Of a stretch of 64,000 bases of DNA, positions 29,096 through 39,487 are shown in pieces. The position numbers and the translations under genes are program-made. This DNA comes from a virus (lineage: Duplodnaviria; Caudoviricetes). The notes under the pieces were generated by a model. The model was not told where the DNA came from. It ran no database searches and saw only the letters and a program-made list of their open reading frames with translations. Position 1 is the first letter of the stretch. The number at the start of each line of letters is the position of its first letter. The DNA lies in the IMG/VR virus record IMGVR_UViG_3300032030_000007, positions 128,001 through 192,000 of that record, one strand, 5' to 3'.

Positions 29096-29181
29096 ATTTA
29101 GAAGCCGTCTAAGATCATGAAATATTAATTTTATAAAACTATATTATAAAAATATTCAATGATTCTAGACGGCTTCTAAAT
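29096..29181. repeat. 86-nt long inverted repeat
   Basis: Perfect 16-bp outer arms ATTTAGAAGCCGTCTA/TAGACGGCTTCTAAAT plus imperfect inner pairing. Confidence 0.85.
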
Positions 29182-29206
29182 AGCTAGTCGATGTAAATTT
29201 AATTTA

Positions 29207-29866
29207 TTACTCTGGTTTAATTAATTCAATATGCTGTTCTTTATTATATTCATCTAAATTTATAAATTCAAAGTCAAAATTAGAATATTTGAATTCTATC
29301 TTAAATGATCCTGCTTGAGCAACAGGTTGAGTATAATCGAATGATAGCATATCCATAGAATTAATTAATGGATGATAAATCATTATTCTTGAATAAACAG
29401 ACCCAATTTCATTAAGTATATCAATTGCGAAATAATCATGAATATCTGATGTTTTCGTATCTCTTGAAAATAAATACCAGAAATTTTCAAAAAGCATAAA
29501 ATAATTTAAATAACCTAATGTATGTCTGAATTCAACATTTAACGTCCTATCAGTTAATGCTATTGGAGAAACTTCTGAACGATAATTATAATCTGTTGAT
29601 GGAAACATAAATTCGTTTTCTTTCTGCCTGTTTTGATTAAATACAGGTTTATCTCCACGAGATGATTGCTGTTGCTGTATAGTTCCATTTGTGAATCCTA
29701 ATACTTCTACACGTTGTATAGATTCATTAATGAAATCTAATGGAGTAAGAAAATAACTATGTTTTTCTTTAAGTATCTTAGAATATTTCTCTTCAATTTC
29801 ATCAACTAAAAAATGTTTAGGAAACAATAATCTAAACGAATCGTGTCTACCTTTTAATGCTAACAT
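29207..29866 (-). CDS. T4 gp19/gp54-like tail tube family protein
   Basis: Next to the tape measure gene. Pattern L.V.F...NYF...W...I.I.ILN..G....I....P......L.FDY.......F...F.YS.F. Confidence 0.55.
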   Translation of the reverse strand: MLALKGRHDSFRLLFPKHFLVDEIEEKYSKILKEKHSYFLTPLDFINESIQRVEVLGFTNGTIQQQQSSRGDKPVFNQNRQKENEFMFPSTDYNYRSEVSPIALTDRTLNVEFRHTLGYLNYFMLFENFWYLFSRDTKTSDIHDYFAIDILNEIGSVYSRIMIYHPLINSMDMLSFDYTQPVAQAGSFKIEFKYSNFDFEFINLDEYNKEQHIELIKPE

Positions 29867-29869
29867 TTA

Positions 29870-30049
29870 CTATATAACAATTGTTTTTATTATTTTAATT
29901 CTATTCAAAGGAATTTTTTCATTTTTACCAGTAACATTATTATGTTTAATAATATCTTTATCTGTTTTCATAATAGTTTCTACTTCATCCTTTGTTAATG
30001 GCCTATTATTTATTTTTGAATCATTATAATATAAATTAAAACATTTCAT
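29870..30049 (-). CDS. small hypothetical protein (59 aa, below ORF-track cut-off)
   Basis: MKCFNLYYNDSKINNRPLT...IKTIVI, ends TAG-TAA immediately before the next ATG. Confidence 0.6.
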   Translation of the reverse strand: MKCFNLYYNDSKINNRPLTKDEVETIMKTDKDIIKHNNVTGKNEKIPLNRIKIIKTIVI

Positions 30050-30068
30050 AATTAATCAATTAATAATT

Positions 30069-33000
30069 TTATCCAGTCCATCCTTTCATATGATCACGCA
30101 TCATTTGGTTAAATTCTTCAGCAGTAAGAGGTTTTTCAAAATATGATTCGTTTTTAGTTGGTTTAGAAATATTACTTACATCATTCTTATCTTTATTATT
30201 TACTGGAGTTTCTTCTGGAGACTCTAATTCAGGTGTGCTTCCTTCAGATGAACCACTTCCACTTTCAGTACCACCACTCGTTGAACCGACTGAAGGTTTT
30301 CCTAATTGTGATTCTTCAAGCTTACCAACTTTAACAATCATATTCTGTTTCATTATTTCCTTAACTTTATGAACAGATTCTTCAATAAGTTTCTTACGTC
30401 TATTTTGTAATTCATGAGCATTCTTAATAACTCTTTCAGCATGATTCAATTGATTAACCAATTCTAATAATACCATTGTAACTTTATTAGCCAATACATC
30501 AACTAAATCATCCATATTACCAAGTTTACTTGCCAACTTATTTAATGATTCTGTTAAGCTATTCATTGATGAAAGTTTATTGATATCTAATGAATTAATA
30601 GCTTCAACAAAACTTTTAACATCAGCTACATATTCTTTAAATGCAGCAATGTTTTCTATTTTTGATGTTGTAGAATATAATTTAATAATTCCTTTTTCAA
30701 GTAAATCAAGATATGTTACAGAATCAGAATCAAAATCATTTACACATTTAACTAATGTATCTAATATATCTGTATATGAACTAAATAAATCAAACAGATC
30801 ATCTTTATTTTCTACTTTAACTTCATTTACTGCTTTATCAATTAAACTAATTACACCAAATAAGTTTTGAAGTTTAGATCCAAATGAAGCATCATATATA
30901 ATTGCAAGATTTTCATTATTCTTTATTATGATTTCTCCAATTGATGATATCTTATTAATTACACCAACAACAGCTTCAACGAGTTTTCCAATATTTTCTG
31001 TAGCTTTAGTGACATCTTCCATGTTTTCATTTATATAATCACCAACAGATTGTGTACCACAAAATAATGATTTTGTCCAACCCCATAATCCTTTTCTTGC
31101 TTCACCTTTAGGAGCCATGAATAATCTCATGATTGCTAATGTATCACCAAGTAATCCTGCTATTTTTTCTTTAACGCTTTCTAAATTGATTTCTTCCAAA
31201 TTCAAATCTTTAAACTTGGTCATAATATCAACCATTTTATCAATAGCATTAGCCATTCCTTCCATAGCTTTAGCTGCAACTATAGCAGGAGAATCAGTTA
31301 TCATACCATCACTGAATATATCTTTATTAGCAGGATCTTTAACGACATCTGTTATAGATTCACCTAAAGCAGTAAGAACAGCTTTAATCTTTTCTTTTGC
31401 AGATACAATATCACCATCCCCTACAATATTATAATCAACAATTTTTCCTTCTTTATCATATATTGGAAATCTTCCTGATGCATAACAACTAACTGCTTGT
31501 GCAGTAGTACTTAATACATCACCCATTAATTTCATTGCTTTAGCAGCATTAACTGCTGGTGAATCTGTAAAAATACCTTCGCCAAATAAATCTGGACGAT
31601 CTTTAGTAACTTCAACTATAGCATTACCTATTGCGACTAATACATCTTTAATATTCTTTGCAGCTTTTGTAAAATCACCATCTCCTAAAGCCATGTATTC
31701 AATAGGATTACCATCTTTATCATATTTAGATACAATTTTAAGATCTGCCCATTCCTTAATTCCTTGTGCTATTGAAGTAAGCATTGGACCAGTGTATTTC
31801 ATTGCTTTAACAACTCTTGCAAATGGTGTATCTAATAATCCTAATCCAGTTGGATCATCAAATATTCCTTTTCCTTGTGCAGCATCATATGTTTCAACAA
31901 TAGCTGTACCTAATGCAAGTAACACAGCTTTAATATTATTTGCAGCTTGTGTAAAATCACTTGAACCTAATGAAAGATATGCTGTTGGATTTCCTTTTGA
32001 ATCATATTGTGAAACGATCTTTAAATCAGCCCAGTCTTTAAGTGCTTTACCAATTTCACTAAGCATAATTGCAGTTTCTTTAAATACTTTAGAACATATA
32101 GCAATTTTAGCAGATTTCTTTAAACTGAATGATTCAATTATTGCATCTTGTACTGAAGCAATAACTCCTATTGCTGCAACCATATCTGTTTCAACTTTCT
32201 TAACATCAGGTATGCCTTGCATAACTTTATAGATATGATCTATAACACCGATAGTAACATCAGTAACTTCAGCTATTGACCAAATAATACCTAAACCAGC
32301 AGCCAAACCCGCAGCACCTATACCGAATGTTTCTGCAGTAAGAGCCAATCCTAAACCAATAGCACCAGCACCTATAGCTATAATAACTGCATACATTGAT
32401 GCAACTCCTTTTACTAACGATTTAATCAGAGTCCATTTATCTACACCATTAAATGTTTCTAATAATGTATTAATAACTTTTATACCTGCGTATGTAACTA
32501 ATAATACACCCCCTATAGCTGCCAAACCAGTCCAAATATTTTTTGAATTTTTAGCTGCCATTTGAGCTAACTGTATTGTAAGGTATGTATATGCTAATAA
32601 TCCTGCGCCAAATAATAATGCATATATTAATATATCAGGATCTTTTGCAATAGTCATACCAGCATATAAAAGTACACCTCCACCAACAATTGTTAATAAT
32701 GCAACTGCTATAGCACCAATTATAGCCTGTGGTGCATCTTTAGATGCTTTCTTATAAACATATACAATTGCAAATGTAAATGCTGTTAAAACAACTGCAA
32801 ATAATATTAAATTTAAATAATCTTCAGGTTTTAATAATTTAGCACCTAATAATAATACAGCTGCAGAAACTAAAACAAGTATAGCCAATTCTCCAGCACC
32901 CTTAAATGCATTTTTACTATTTTTACTTAAGAATATAAATGGTAATGTTACACCAACAATAAATAATGATAACATTATTGTAAATCCAAGTAAATCTTTA

Positions 33001-35828
33001 AGTGGAATAAAATGATATGCAATTGAACCAAGTAACATTATTAATGCACTGCCTGCAACAATTATCAAAAATTCTTCAGATGAACGTTTAATACTTTTTA
33101 ATCCTTTTGATACGGCCCATAATATCATACTAACTCCAAATATGAAGAAACTTAAATTAAATATAAATCCCGTCAAATCTTTAAGTGGAATGAAATGATA
33201 TGCAATGGCGCCAAATAATAAAATTAACGCAGATCCCACAACGATAATCATTGCATGTTCAGCACCAGATCTAATCTTACTAAATCCTTTTCCTACTAAC
33301 AAAAATACTGCACCTATAGCAAATAAGAAAGTACCTAATGTAATAGTAAATTTCAATAAATCGTTAGGATCAATAAAATTAATAATTAATGAACCTAATA
33401 TCATTATTAAACCTGCACCAGCAACTAATGTTAAACAATCTTTAGCTCCTTCTAATTCACTTTTAATTCCTTTAGCAAATAACCTAAATGCAAATAATAT
33501 AGAACCTACAAAAAATGTTAATGAAACAGTAAATAATATTAAATCTGCAATTTTTACTTTTGACATTAATAAAGCGCCAAAAATCATTATTGCACCAGAA
33601 GCAGCAATTATCATCATAAATGATTTAATGAAATCTTTAGCTTTTTCAACATCAGAATTTTTAACTTCTTTAATCTTATCAACAATTTTTATCATCTTAT
33701 CAACTGCATTTTCCATAGCATTCATACCAGCTTCAGTTAATTTTGATGATATTGATATTTTGGTTAATTTACTTAATGATTTAAATGCACTAATTAATGT
33801 ATCTATATTTTCAAGATCCTTTTTATCTAATTTTACTAATTTAGTTATATTCTTTCCAATGTCATGATTTGTTGTAAATATTTCAACAAATAATTTAAGA
33901 TCATTATCTATATATTCCTTTATAGATTCATAATCAATATTCTGTATGTTCTTAGCTAATATCTTATCAATTGCAACAATTTTATTGATAATTGTAAGCT
34001 CATCAATTAAAGCCTGAAAATTTTCTAATTCATGCTTAAAATCCATTTTATCCAATTGAATTTCAATTTCAGATAACCCAGTTACAATATCATTTATAAA
34101 ACTATCTTTTATTGTTCCAAATTCTGTTGTACCATCAATTGTACGAATATACTTAAGTATATCATCTAATATTGTCAATTCCTGTTTAAAGAATTCATAT
34201 TTTGCTAGAATCTTTGTAAAATCTTTTATACTAATTTGTGAATCAATTAATTTTAATCCATAAAATATTTCAGGTAAATCTTCAGAAAATATATCTAACT
34301 TAACAGAAGATATACTTGGTAAATTTATAATTATATCAACAATTTTAACTACTTCAGATTCTAATAATCCTTTTAATGCAGATAGTTTAATTGAACTTAA
34401 TATTAAACTTTTAAAAGATGGTATTTGGTCGAATATTGTTTTTAATGATTCAAATACAAAATTAATGTTTTTAATTGTTTCAAAACTGTCATTAACATCT
34501 ATGTTGCCAATAGATTTTAATAATTTTTTAATAGAATCTATTACTTCATCATTAATGTATTCTATTGAATATATAATGTTATCTATTTCCTTATCATCTA
34601 TTTTAGCAATTTCTAAAAATGTATCTAATATACTTTTAATATTTTGTGAAGAACCTAATATTGAATCTGTATTTTTTGTTATTTCATTTGTTGATACATA
34701 TAAGTTTATTATAAGTGATTTTATTTTTTCTAATAATTCATTTTGTATAAAATCAAGATTATCAATTAATCTTGTTTTTTTCTTAAATTTCAAATCACTA
34801 ATTTCAACAATCAATTTAAATATTTCTCCAAGGTTTTCAACTGATTTAACTGTATCGTTACTTAATGCACTTACTGTTTTTATATTATCAAATACAGCAG
34901 GTAACTCCTTAAGAATATAATTATTAATGAATTGCAAATTACTTGCCATTCTTTTACGTTGGAAAAAACCAATGCTACTTACTGTAACGATAGCTTTAAA
35001 TAAATCATCTAATGCTTCTAATGATTTTTGCACTTCATTAGGTATTTTAGAAAATTTACTTATATTTTTAATGATTATACTAATAGGTCCTCTGTCATCA
35101 GTTAAAAAAGCTAACTTATATAAAGAATCTGTTTTAATTTCACTAATATTTAATATTGAAACAATAGCATTAATAGCATAAGAAATATTTTTTATACTTT
35201 CATTAATTTTAACAGATCCTGCTAATTCATTAATTTTTTTAAAAAGAGATTGAAATGATTTTCCTTTATCATTACTTACAATATCATATAATGTCTTAAT
35301 CTTTTCATTAAGTGAACTAGAATCTAATTTTTCAATTTTGATTAAATCATTAATGGCATTTAAGAAATTAGTTAATGGATCTGTACCATTATATCGCTCT
35401 AATACTTCAGAAAACTTAGTTAAATCTTTAACAATATTACCTCCTTTTATTTCTATATCAAGTGTACTTTGTGAAGAATTATTAATTAGATTATCTGAAA
35501 GAATTTGTTTAATGTCAGCAACATCAGTTTTAATATTTGGTAAAACATCTTCTATTTTTTCTTTAATATTATTAAGAGATGTTCCAGAACTTTCTACTAA
35601 ACTATATAAAGATACACCGGTATTTTGAAATAAATTTTGGAGACCACCTTCATCTCTTTTAAATGTTCCAAAAAGCGCAGTTCCAACACCCTGAAGTAAT
35701 AATTGCATTAAATCAATTTCTTCAGTTTTATTATTTGGCATTTTTACCTTAATTGTTTTGCCTAATGATTTAGTATTATTATCAATATTTTCTAAATGTT
35801 TTTTTACTGTTAATTCTGGTTCTGGCAT
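30069..35828 (-). CDS. tape-measure-like protein with central multi-TM region
   Basis: 1919 aa, helical repeats, long hydrophobic repeat block, ~85-aa C-terminal repeats. Next to a tail-tube-like gene. Confidence 0.65.
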   Translation of the reverse strand: MPEPELTVKKHLENIDNNTKSLGKTIKVKMPNNKTEEIDLMQLLLQGVGTALFGTFKRDEGGLQNLFQNTGVSLYSLVESSGTSLNNIKEKIEDVLPNIKTDVADIKQILSDNLINNSSQSTLDIEIKGGNIVKDLTKFSEVLERYNGTDPLTNFLNAINDLIKIEKLDSSSLNEKIKTLYDIVSNDKGKSFQSLFKKINELAGSVKINESIKNISYAINAIVSILNISEIKTDSLYKLAFLTDDRGPISIIIKNISKFSKIPNEVQKSLEALDDLFKAIVTVSSIGFFQRKRMASNLQFINNYILKELPAVFDNIKTVSALSNDTVKSVENLGEIFKLIVEISDLKFKKKTRLIDNLDFIQNELLEKIKSLIINLYVSTNEITKNTDSILGSSQNIKSILDTFLEIAKIDDKEIDNIIYSIEYINDEVIDSIKKLLKSIGNIDVNDSFETIKNINFVFESLKTIFDQIPSFKSLILSSIKLSALKGLLESEVVKIVDIIINLPSISSVKLDIFSEDLPEIFYGLKLIDSQISIKDFTKILAKYEFFKQELTILDDILKYIRTIDGTTEFGTIKDSFINDIVTGLSEIEIQLDKMDFKHELENFQALIDELTIINKIVAIDKILAKNIQNIDYESIKEYIDNDLKLFVEIFTTNHDIGKNITKLVKLDKKDLENIDTLISAFKSLSKLTKISISSKLTEAGMNAMENAVDKMIKIVDKIKEVKNSDVEKAKDFIKSFMMIIAASGAIMIFGALLMSKVKIADLILFTVSLTFFVGSILFAFRLFAKGIKSELEGAKDCLTLVAGAGLIMILGSLIINFIDPNDLLKFTITLGTFLFAIGAVFLLVGKGFSKIRSGAEHAMIIVVGSALILLFGAIAYHFIPLKDLTGFIFNLSFFIFGVSMILWAVSKGLKSIKRSSEEFLIIVAGSALIMLLGSIAYHFIPLKDLLGFTIMLSLFIVGVTLPFIFLSKNSKNAFKGAGELAILVLVSAAVLLLGAKLLKPEDYLNLILFAVVLTAFTFAIVYVYKKASKDAPQAIIGAIAVALLTIVGGGVLLYAGMTIAKDPDILIYALLFGAGLLAYTYLTIQLAQMAAKNSKNIWTGLAAIGGVLLVTYAGIKVINTLLETFNGVDKWTLIKSLVKGVASMYAVIIAIGAGAIGLGLALTAETFGIGAAGLAAGLGIIWSIAEVTDVTIGVIDHIYKVMQGIPDVKKVETDMVAAIGVIASVQDAIIESFSLKKSAKIAICSKVFKETAIMLSEIGKALKDWADLKIVSQYDSKGNPTAYLSLGSSDFTQAANNIKAVLLALGTAIVETYDAAQGKGIFDDPTGLGLLDTPFARVVKAMKYTGPMLTSIAQGIKEWADLKIVSKYDKDGNPIEYMALGDGDFTKAAKNIKDVLVAIGNAIVEVTKDRPDLFGEGIFTDSPAVNAAKAMKLMGDVLSTTAQAVSCYASGRFPIYDKEGKIVDYNIVGDGDIVSAKEKIKAVLTALGESITDVVKDPANKDIFSDGMITDSPAIVAAKAMEGMANAIDKMVDIMTKFKDLNLEEINLESVKEKIAGLLGDTLAIMRLFMAPKGEARKGLWGWTKSLFCGTQSVGDYINENMEDVTKATENIGKLVEAVVGVINKISSIGEIIIKNNENLAIIYDASFGSKLQNLFGVISLIDKAVNEVKVENKDDLFDLFSSYTDILDTLVKCVNDFDSDSVTYLDLLEKGIIKLYSTTSKIENIAAFKEYVADVKSFVEAINSLDINKLSSMNSLTESLNKLASKLGNMDDLVDVLANKVTMVLLELVNQLNHAERVIKNAHELQNRRKKLIEESVHKVKEIMKQNMIVKVGKLEESQLGKPSVGSTSGGTESGSGSSEGSTPELESPEETPVNNKDKNDVSNISKPTKNESYFEKPLTAEEFNQMMRDHMKGWTG

Positions 35829-35898
35829 TTAAATTCAAATCATATATTATAAATAAAAATAAATAAAGATATTGAATTTGAAGTATATAAAACAACAA

Positions 35899-35924
35899 AA
35901 AGCAGATCATTAATGATCTGCTTT
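35899..35924 (-). terminator. Terminator after ompA-like gene
   Basis: Perfect palindrome AAAGCAGATCATTAATGATCTGCTTT. Confidence 0.75.
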
Positions 35925-35946
35925 ATTTATAAATAATAATTAACAA

Positions 35947-36963
35947 TTAATGTACAGCAGTTACAATAGCAACTCTACCAGTTGTAAGACCAAATGCTAC
36001 ACCCTTACCTACAGCAGAATTAATCTTGCATCCACGTTTCTCAAGATATTCCTTTACTGCATCAGCACGACGTTGTGAAAGTGCAATATTATATTCTGTA
36101 CCACCTTCATTAGAAGCAAATGCTACGATATCATAAATTCCATTTTCACCAAGCTTATTAAGTTCGTCTTTAGCACGATCATCAAGTTCAGAACTGTCAT
36201 ATGCAAAAAATACATATGTATCTGTTTGCTGTGTCACAGGAGTTTCAATAGCAACAGTCTTTTCAATTACCTTAGGTTCACGACTCTCACATTCTGAAAG
36301 TGCGCCATTCAAACGACTAATTTCATCTAACATTGCACCAACATCATATGTCTTAAAATGATGTGTTCCATTACTTGTCTTGAAATGATAAATATATGAA
36401 ATATTAACTGCAAGCTGTGATCCATGTTTATCAAACTTAATATCACCAAATTTGTTAAGATTCCAATATACTGCAGGTGTAATTACAATTGAATGAGCTT
36501 TCTTCTTTCCAAGATTAAATGCAAGATCCAATCCAGTCTTTGCAGTAAGGAAATTGTTTGATGTATTCCATGTATACATCCAACCAAGACCAGTTACTGT
36601 ACTAATTTCAAATACACGTGGTGTTCCATTATATCCACCAAAAATATTTGATAAATTAAATACTAAATTACCCCCAACATTAGTTGCCTTAATAGCAGTT
36701 TTAATATCACTAAAATGATTATCATTTAAAAATGCAATACCTTCTGCTTGAATACCAAATACTGGAGTAAAATTCTTACCTACTTTAATACCTACATTAG
36801 TATTAAGTGGAAACATAGAATTAAAATCAAGAGGTGTTGAAACACCAGCAGTAACGCCAATATTAATATTATCTAACGCATTACTTTTCTCAGTTGCGAT
36901 CTGAGCATTCGCTGTAAAGATCATCATAAATGCGATGACCAAAGTTAAAATAAATTTCTTCAT
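35947..36963 (-). CDS. OmpA-family outer membrane protein (Bacteroidota-type)
   Basis: Signal peptide ending ANA-Q, beta-barrel strands, coiled linker, C-terminal VFFAYDSSEL...YNIALSQRRADAVK.YL. Confidence 0.9.
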   Translation of the reverse strand: MKKFILTLVIAFMMIFTANAQIATEKSNALDNINIGVTAGVSTPLDFNSMFPLNTNVGIKVGKNFTPVFGIQAEGIAFLNDNHFSDIKTAIKATNVGGNLVFNLSNIFGGYNGTPRVFEISTVTGLGWMYTWNTSNNFLTAKTGLDLAFNLGKKKAHSIVITPAVYWNLNKFGDIKFDKHGSQLAVNISYIYHFKTSNGTHHFKTYDVGAMLDEISRLNGALSECESREPKVIEKTVAIETPVTQQTDTYVFFAYDSSELDDRAKDELNKLGENGIYDIVAFASNEGGTEYNIALSQRRADAVKEYLEKRGCKINSAVGKGVAFGLTTGRVAIVTAVH

Positions 36964-37023
36964 TCTTTTATAAAAATTAAGTTAATATATTTTATGATAT
37001 CGAATATATATCAATATCAATTA

Positions 37024-37052
37024 TAAATAGTTAAAAAAAATTAATAATTCAA
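37024..37052 (-). promoter_or_regulatory. Phage promoter TTGAA-N17-CTATTTA
   Basis: Motif variant upstream of the ompA-like gene. Confidence 0.6.
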
Positions 37053-37066
37053 TTTATTAAATAAAA

Positions 37067-37708
37067 TTATGCTTCACCATCGTTAAAATGACTTCTATAA
37101 ATATAAAATTGCTTTAATTGTTTTTTCAATTTATTATTTTCAGAATTTACTGTTTGCCACATATTATGATACTTAGTAAGATTATCTATTTTTTCACGTA
37201 GCTTTTTATTTACTTGTTTTGAAACGTTTGCTTCGTGAATTACATTATCATAATTCTTTTTAATATTATTTAATTCCTCTATTTTCTTTTTATATTCAAG
37301 CGCTTTATTTTCTTTAAGTGTAATTTCTTTCTTAAGCTTATCTATTTTTTCTTCATAATCTCTCTTATTAATCATTGAATTTGTAGCCATATTCATAAGA
37401 ACAATTTTAACAGTAAATTCAAGATTCTCTATCCATTGTTTAACTTTACCAATATTGTCATATATCACCATATTACGATAATATATACAAACATATTTGA
37501 AAGTATTTTTTTCTTGTTGAATAATGACATCAATACGGTCAATATCACCTTTTAATGCAATATGATCTGAAATTCGTACTTGACGAATAGCATTAAGACT
37601 ACAATATATTGAACCACCTGGGCATTCCTTTTGAAGTTTGCCACCAAGTGATTCAATATGCTTTATAATTATTCTTGCTTGTTCGCGAGCCTTACCTGTT
37701 AGTTTCAT
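37067..37708 (-). CDS. hypothetical protein (RISDH motif + coiled coil)
   Basis: S.Y......VRISDH motif, C-terminal heptads. Confidence 0.75.
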   Translation of the reverse strand: MKLTGKAREQARIIIKHIESLGGKLQKECPGGSIYCSLNAIRQVRISDHIALKGDIDRIDVIIQQEKNTFKYVCIYYRNMVIYDNIGKVKQWIENLEFTVKIVLMNMATNSMINKRDYEEKIDKLKKEITLKENKALEYKKKIEELNNIKKNYDNVIHEANVSKQVNKKLREKIDNLTKYHNMWQTVNSENNKLKKQLKQFYIYRSHFNDGEA

Positions 37709-37709
37709 A

Positions 37710-38108
37710 TCAACTTAATGCTGCTTCAAGAGTATGACATGTCTGTGATGGCATCCAATTAAACATAATAAGATTAAATCCAAAATCTTTTGCTCTATTG
37801 ATCAAAACTCCAATAATATTGTCTCTTATTTCCCTTTCAGCTTTATTTGTTTTTACTAAATCAATCCATTTATCTCGTTCTTTGCTAAACTCATCTTTAA
37901 CATCTTTTACAAAATACTTCATTTTATTTTCAGAAACAATTTCTCTAATTGTGCCTTGAATAATTGAATTAAAATGTAAAGATTTCGTTTTCATATTACG
38001 AGCAAATATGCTTCTTTCAATAATACAAGTATATCCAATTGAATATGAAAGCATCTGCTCATCATAACAAGTTACTAATCCTAAAAATGTCTTATTTATC
38101 TTTATCAT
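37710..38108 (-). CDS. hypothetical protein
   Basis: 132-aa ORF. Confidence 0.7.
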   Translation of the reverse strand: MIKINKTFLGLVTCYDEQMLSYSIGYTCIIERSIFARNMKTKSLHFNSIIQGTIREIVSENKMKYFVKDVKDEFSKERDKWIDLVKTNKAEREIRDNIIGVLINRAKDFGFNLIMFNWMPSQTCHTLEAALS

Positions 38109-38110
38109 AA

Positions 38111-38536
38111 TTATCTTTTTTTAAATTCATCGAAACATCCATTATTCCAAAATACTAATTCACAATCAACCCATTTGTTTGTATCATAATCTTTATATCC
38201 TCTTTCAATAGAAGTACAGATATCATCATGATCATATTCAATCAGAATCATCTGTCCTTCTTTATTATAAAGAGGCGAAAAATCAATTATATAGTTAGGC
38301 ATTGCAAATTCTCCGTCTTTCTGCTTATGATATGTCATACACAAGAAACAATACCCAGGATATTCTTTACAACGAATCAATCCACAGATGCCACCAAATG
38401 TTTCAAGTTTATCTTTATTCCAACTACATTTATAATAAGCCATATTAAGACCACCAATACGGCATCTTGTATACTCATCATCTTTTGAAATTAATTCAAG
38501 TTTGTACTTTGCTATATCATTCATAATTACATCCAA
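38111..38536 (-). CDS. hypothetical protein
   Basis: 141-aa ORF. Confidence 0.7.
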   Translation of the reverse strand: MDVIMNDIAKYKLELISKDDEYTRCRIGGLNMAYYKCSWNKDKLETFGGICGLIRCKEYPGYCFLCMTYHKQKDGEFAMPNYIIDFSPLYNKEGQMILIEYDHDDICTSIERGYKDYDTNKWVDCELVFWNNGCFDEFKKR

Positions 38537-38934
38537 TTATATTTGTTTACTGTATCTTTATCTTCACAATCATTATAGCTATTTTCCCAGTCCTTTTCAT
38601 ATTTTGAATCCTTATAGTCTTCTTCATCCATAAATACATATCGGTTCATTTGATTTGTTCGGCACATATATCCACTTAAATGAAAACCTTCCTCAAAAGT
38701 ATGTTTCATCTGTCTAAATGTAAATACTGGCTTATCATTTTCAACAATATCTTTATAAATATCTGGAAATAATTTTTTAACTTCTTCTAATGTTGCATTA
38801 CTGAATTTTGTATATTCATCAATTTCCATTGGATTACCTACCAAATTCTGATTCTGAGCCTGCTTCAATATTGCCCATTTAATATAAAAATCAAAATGAT
38901 CATTAACAAAACTAGCTGATGAATGATGTTTCAT
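38527..38934 (-). CDS. hypothetical protein
   Basis: 135-aa ORF. Confidence 0.7.
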   Translation of the reverse strand: MKHHSSASFVNDHFDFYIKWAILKQAQNQNLVGNPMEIDEYTKFSNATLEEVKKLFPDIYKDIVENDKPVFTFRQMKHTFEEGFHLSGYMCRTNQMNRYVFMDEEDYKDSKYEKDWENSYNDCEDKDTVNKYNWM

Positions 38935-38939
38935 ATTAT

Positions 38940-39380
38940 TTAATATTTAGTTTTGAAATACCAATCTGCTAAATCAAATGCATCGTACTCATTTTTTGAA
39001 GACCATTCAATAAATTCACTGTTATAGTCTCCTCCATTATGTTCTGAAATATCTTCAAAAATTTCTCCAGTTTCAAGATTCTTAATTGTAAGAACAATAA
39101 TTGCCTGACCACCATCATCAGAAGTAACAGCAAGGAATAAACCAGTATCTTTGAAATCATCTCGTGAAACTTCAACAGGATTATAAGTATACACATTTCC
39201 GTTCTCATCAATATCATCAGGATCTACTGAACGGAATATATATTTCTTATTAACAACTTCATATTTTGGTGTTGCAATATCTTTTACAAAATTATAAAAA
39301 ACATCTCCAATATTCAAATCATAATATGAATCTTCAATGTTTCTTAAACGAATTGTTTTACCTGTTTGAAATATCTTCAT
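38940..39380 (-). CDS. hypothetical protein
   Basis: 146-aa ORF. Confidence 0.7.
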   Translation of the reverse strand: MKIFQTGKTIRLRNIEDSYYDLNIGDVFYNFVKDIATPKYEVVNKKYIFRSVDPDDIDENGNVYTYNPVEVSRDDFKDTGLFLAVTSDDGGQAIIVLTIKNLETGEIFEDISEHNGGDYNSEFIEWSSKNEYDAFDLADWYFKTKY

Positions 39381-39466
39381 AATTTATTTATTTGATTACA
39401 AATATAATATAGTAAAGAAATAAAAAAATTAAATAATATATGAAATATTTTATTAAAAAAAAATAA

Positions 39467-39487
39467 AAGGGAGAATTAATCTCCCTT
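39467..39487 (-). terminator. Intrinsic terminator
   Basis: AAGGGAGA-5nt-TCTCCCTT followed by a T run on the minus strand. Confidence 0.7.

Noticed and set aside
30580-35628. Plus-strand ORFs of 84-220 aa inside the tape measure gene
   Set aside because: Antisense shadows caused by codon bias of the real gene.
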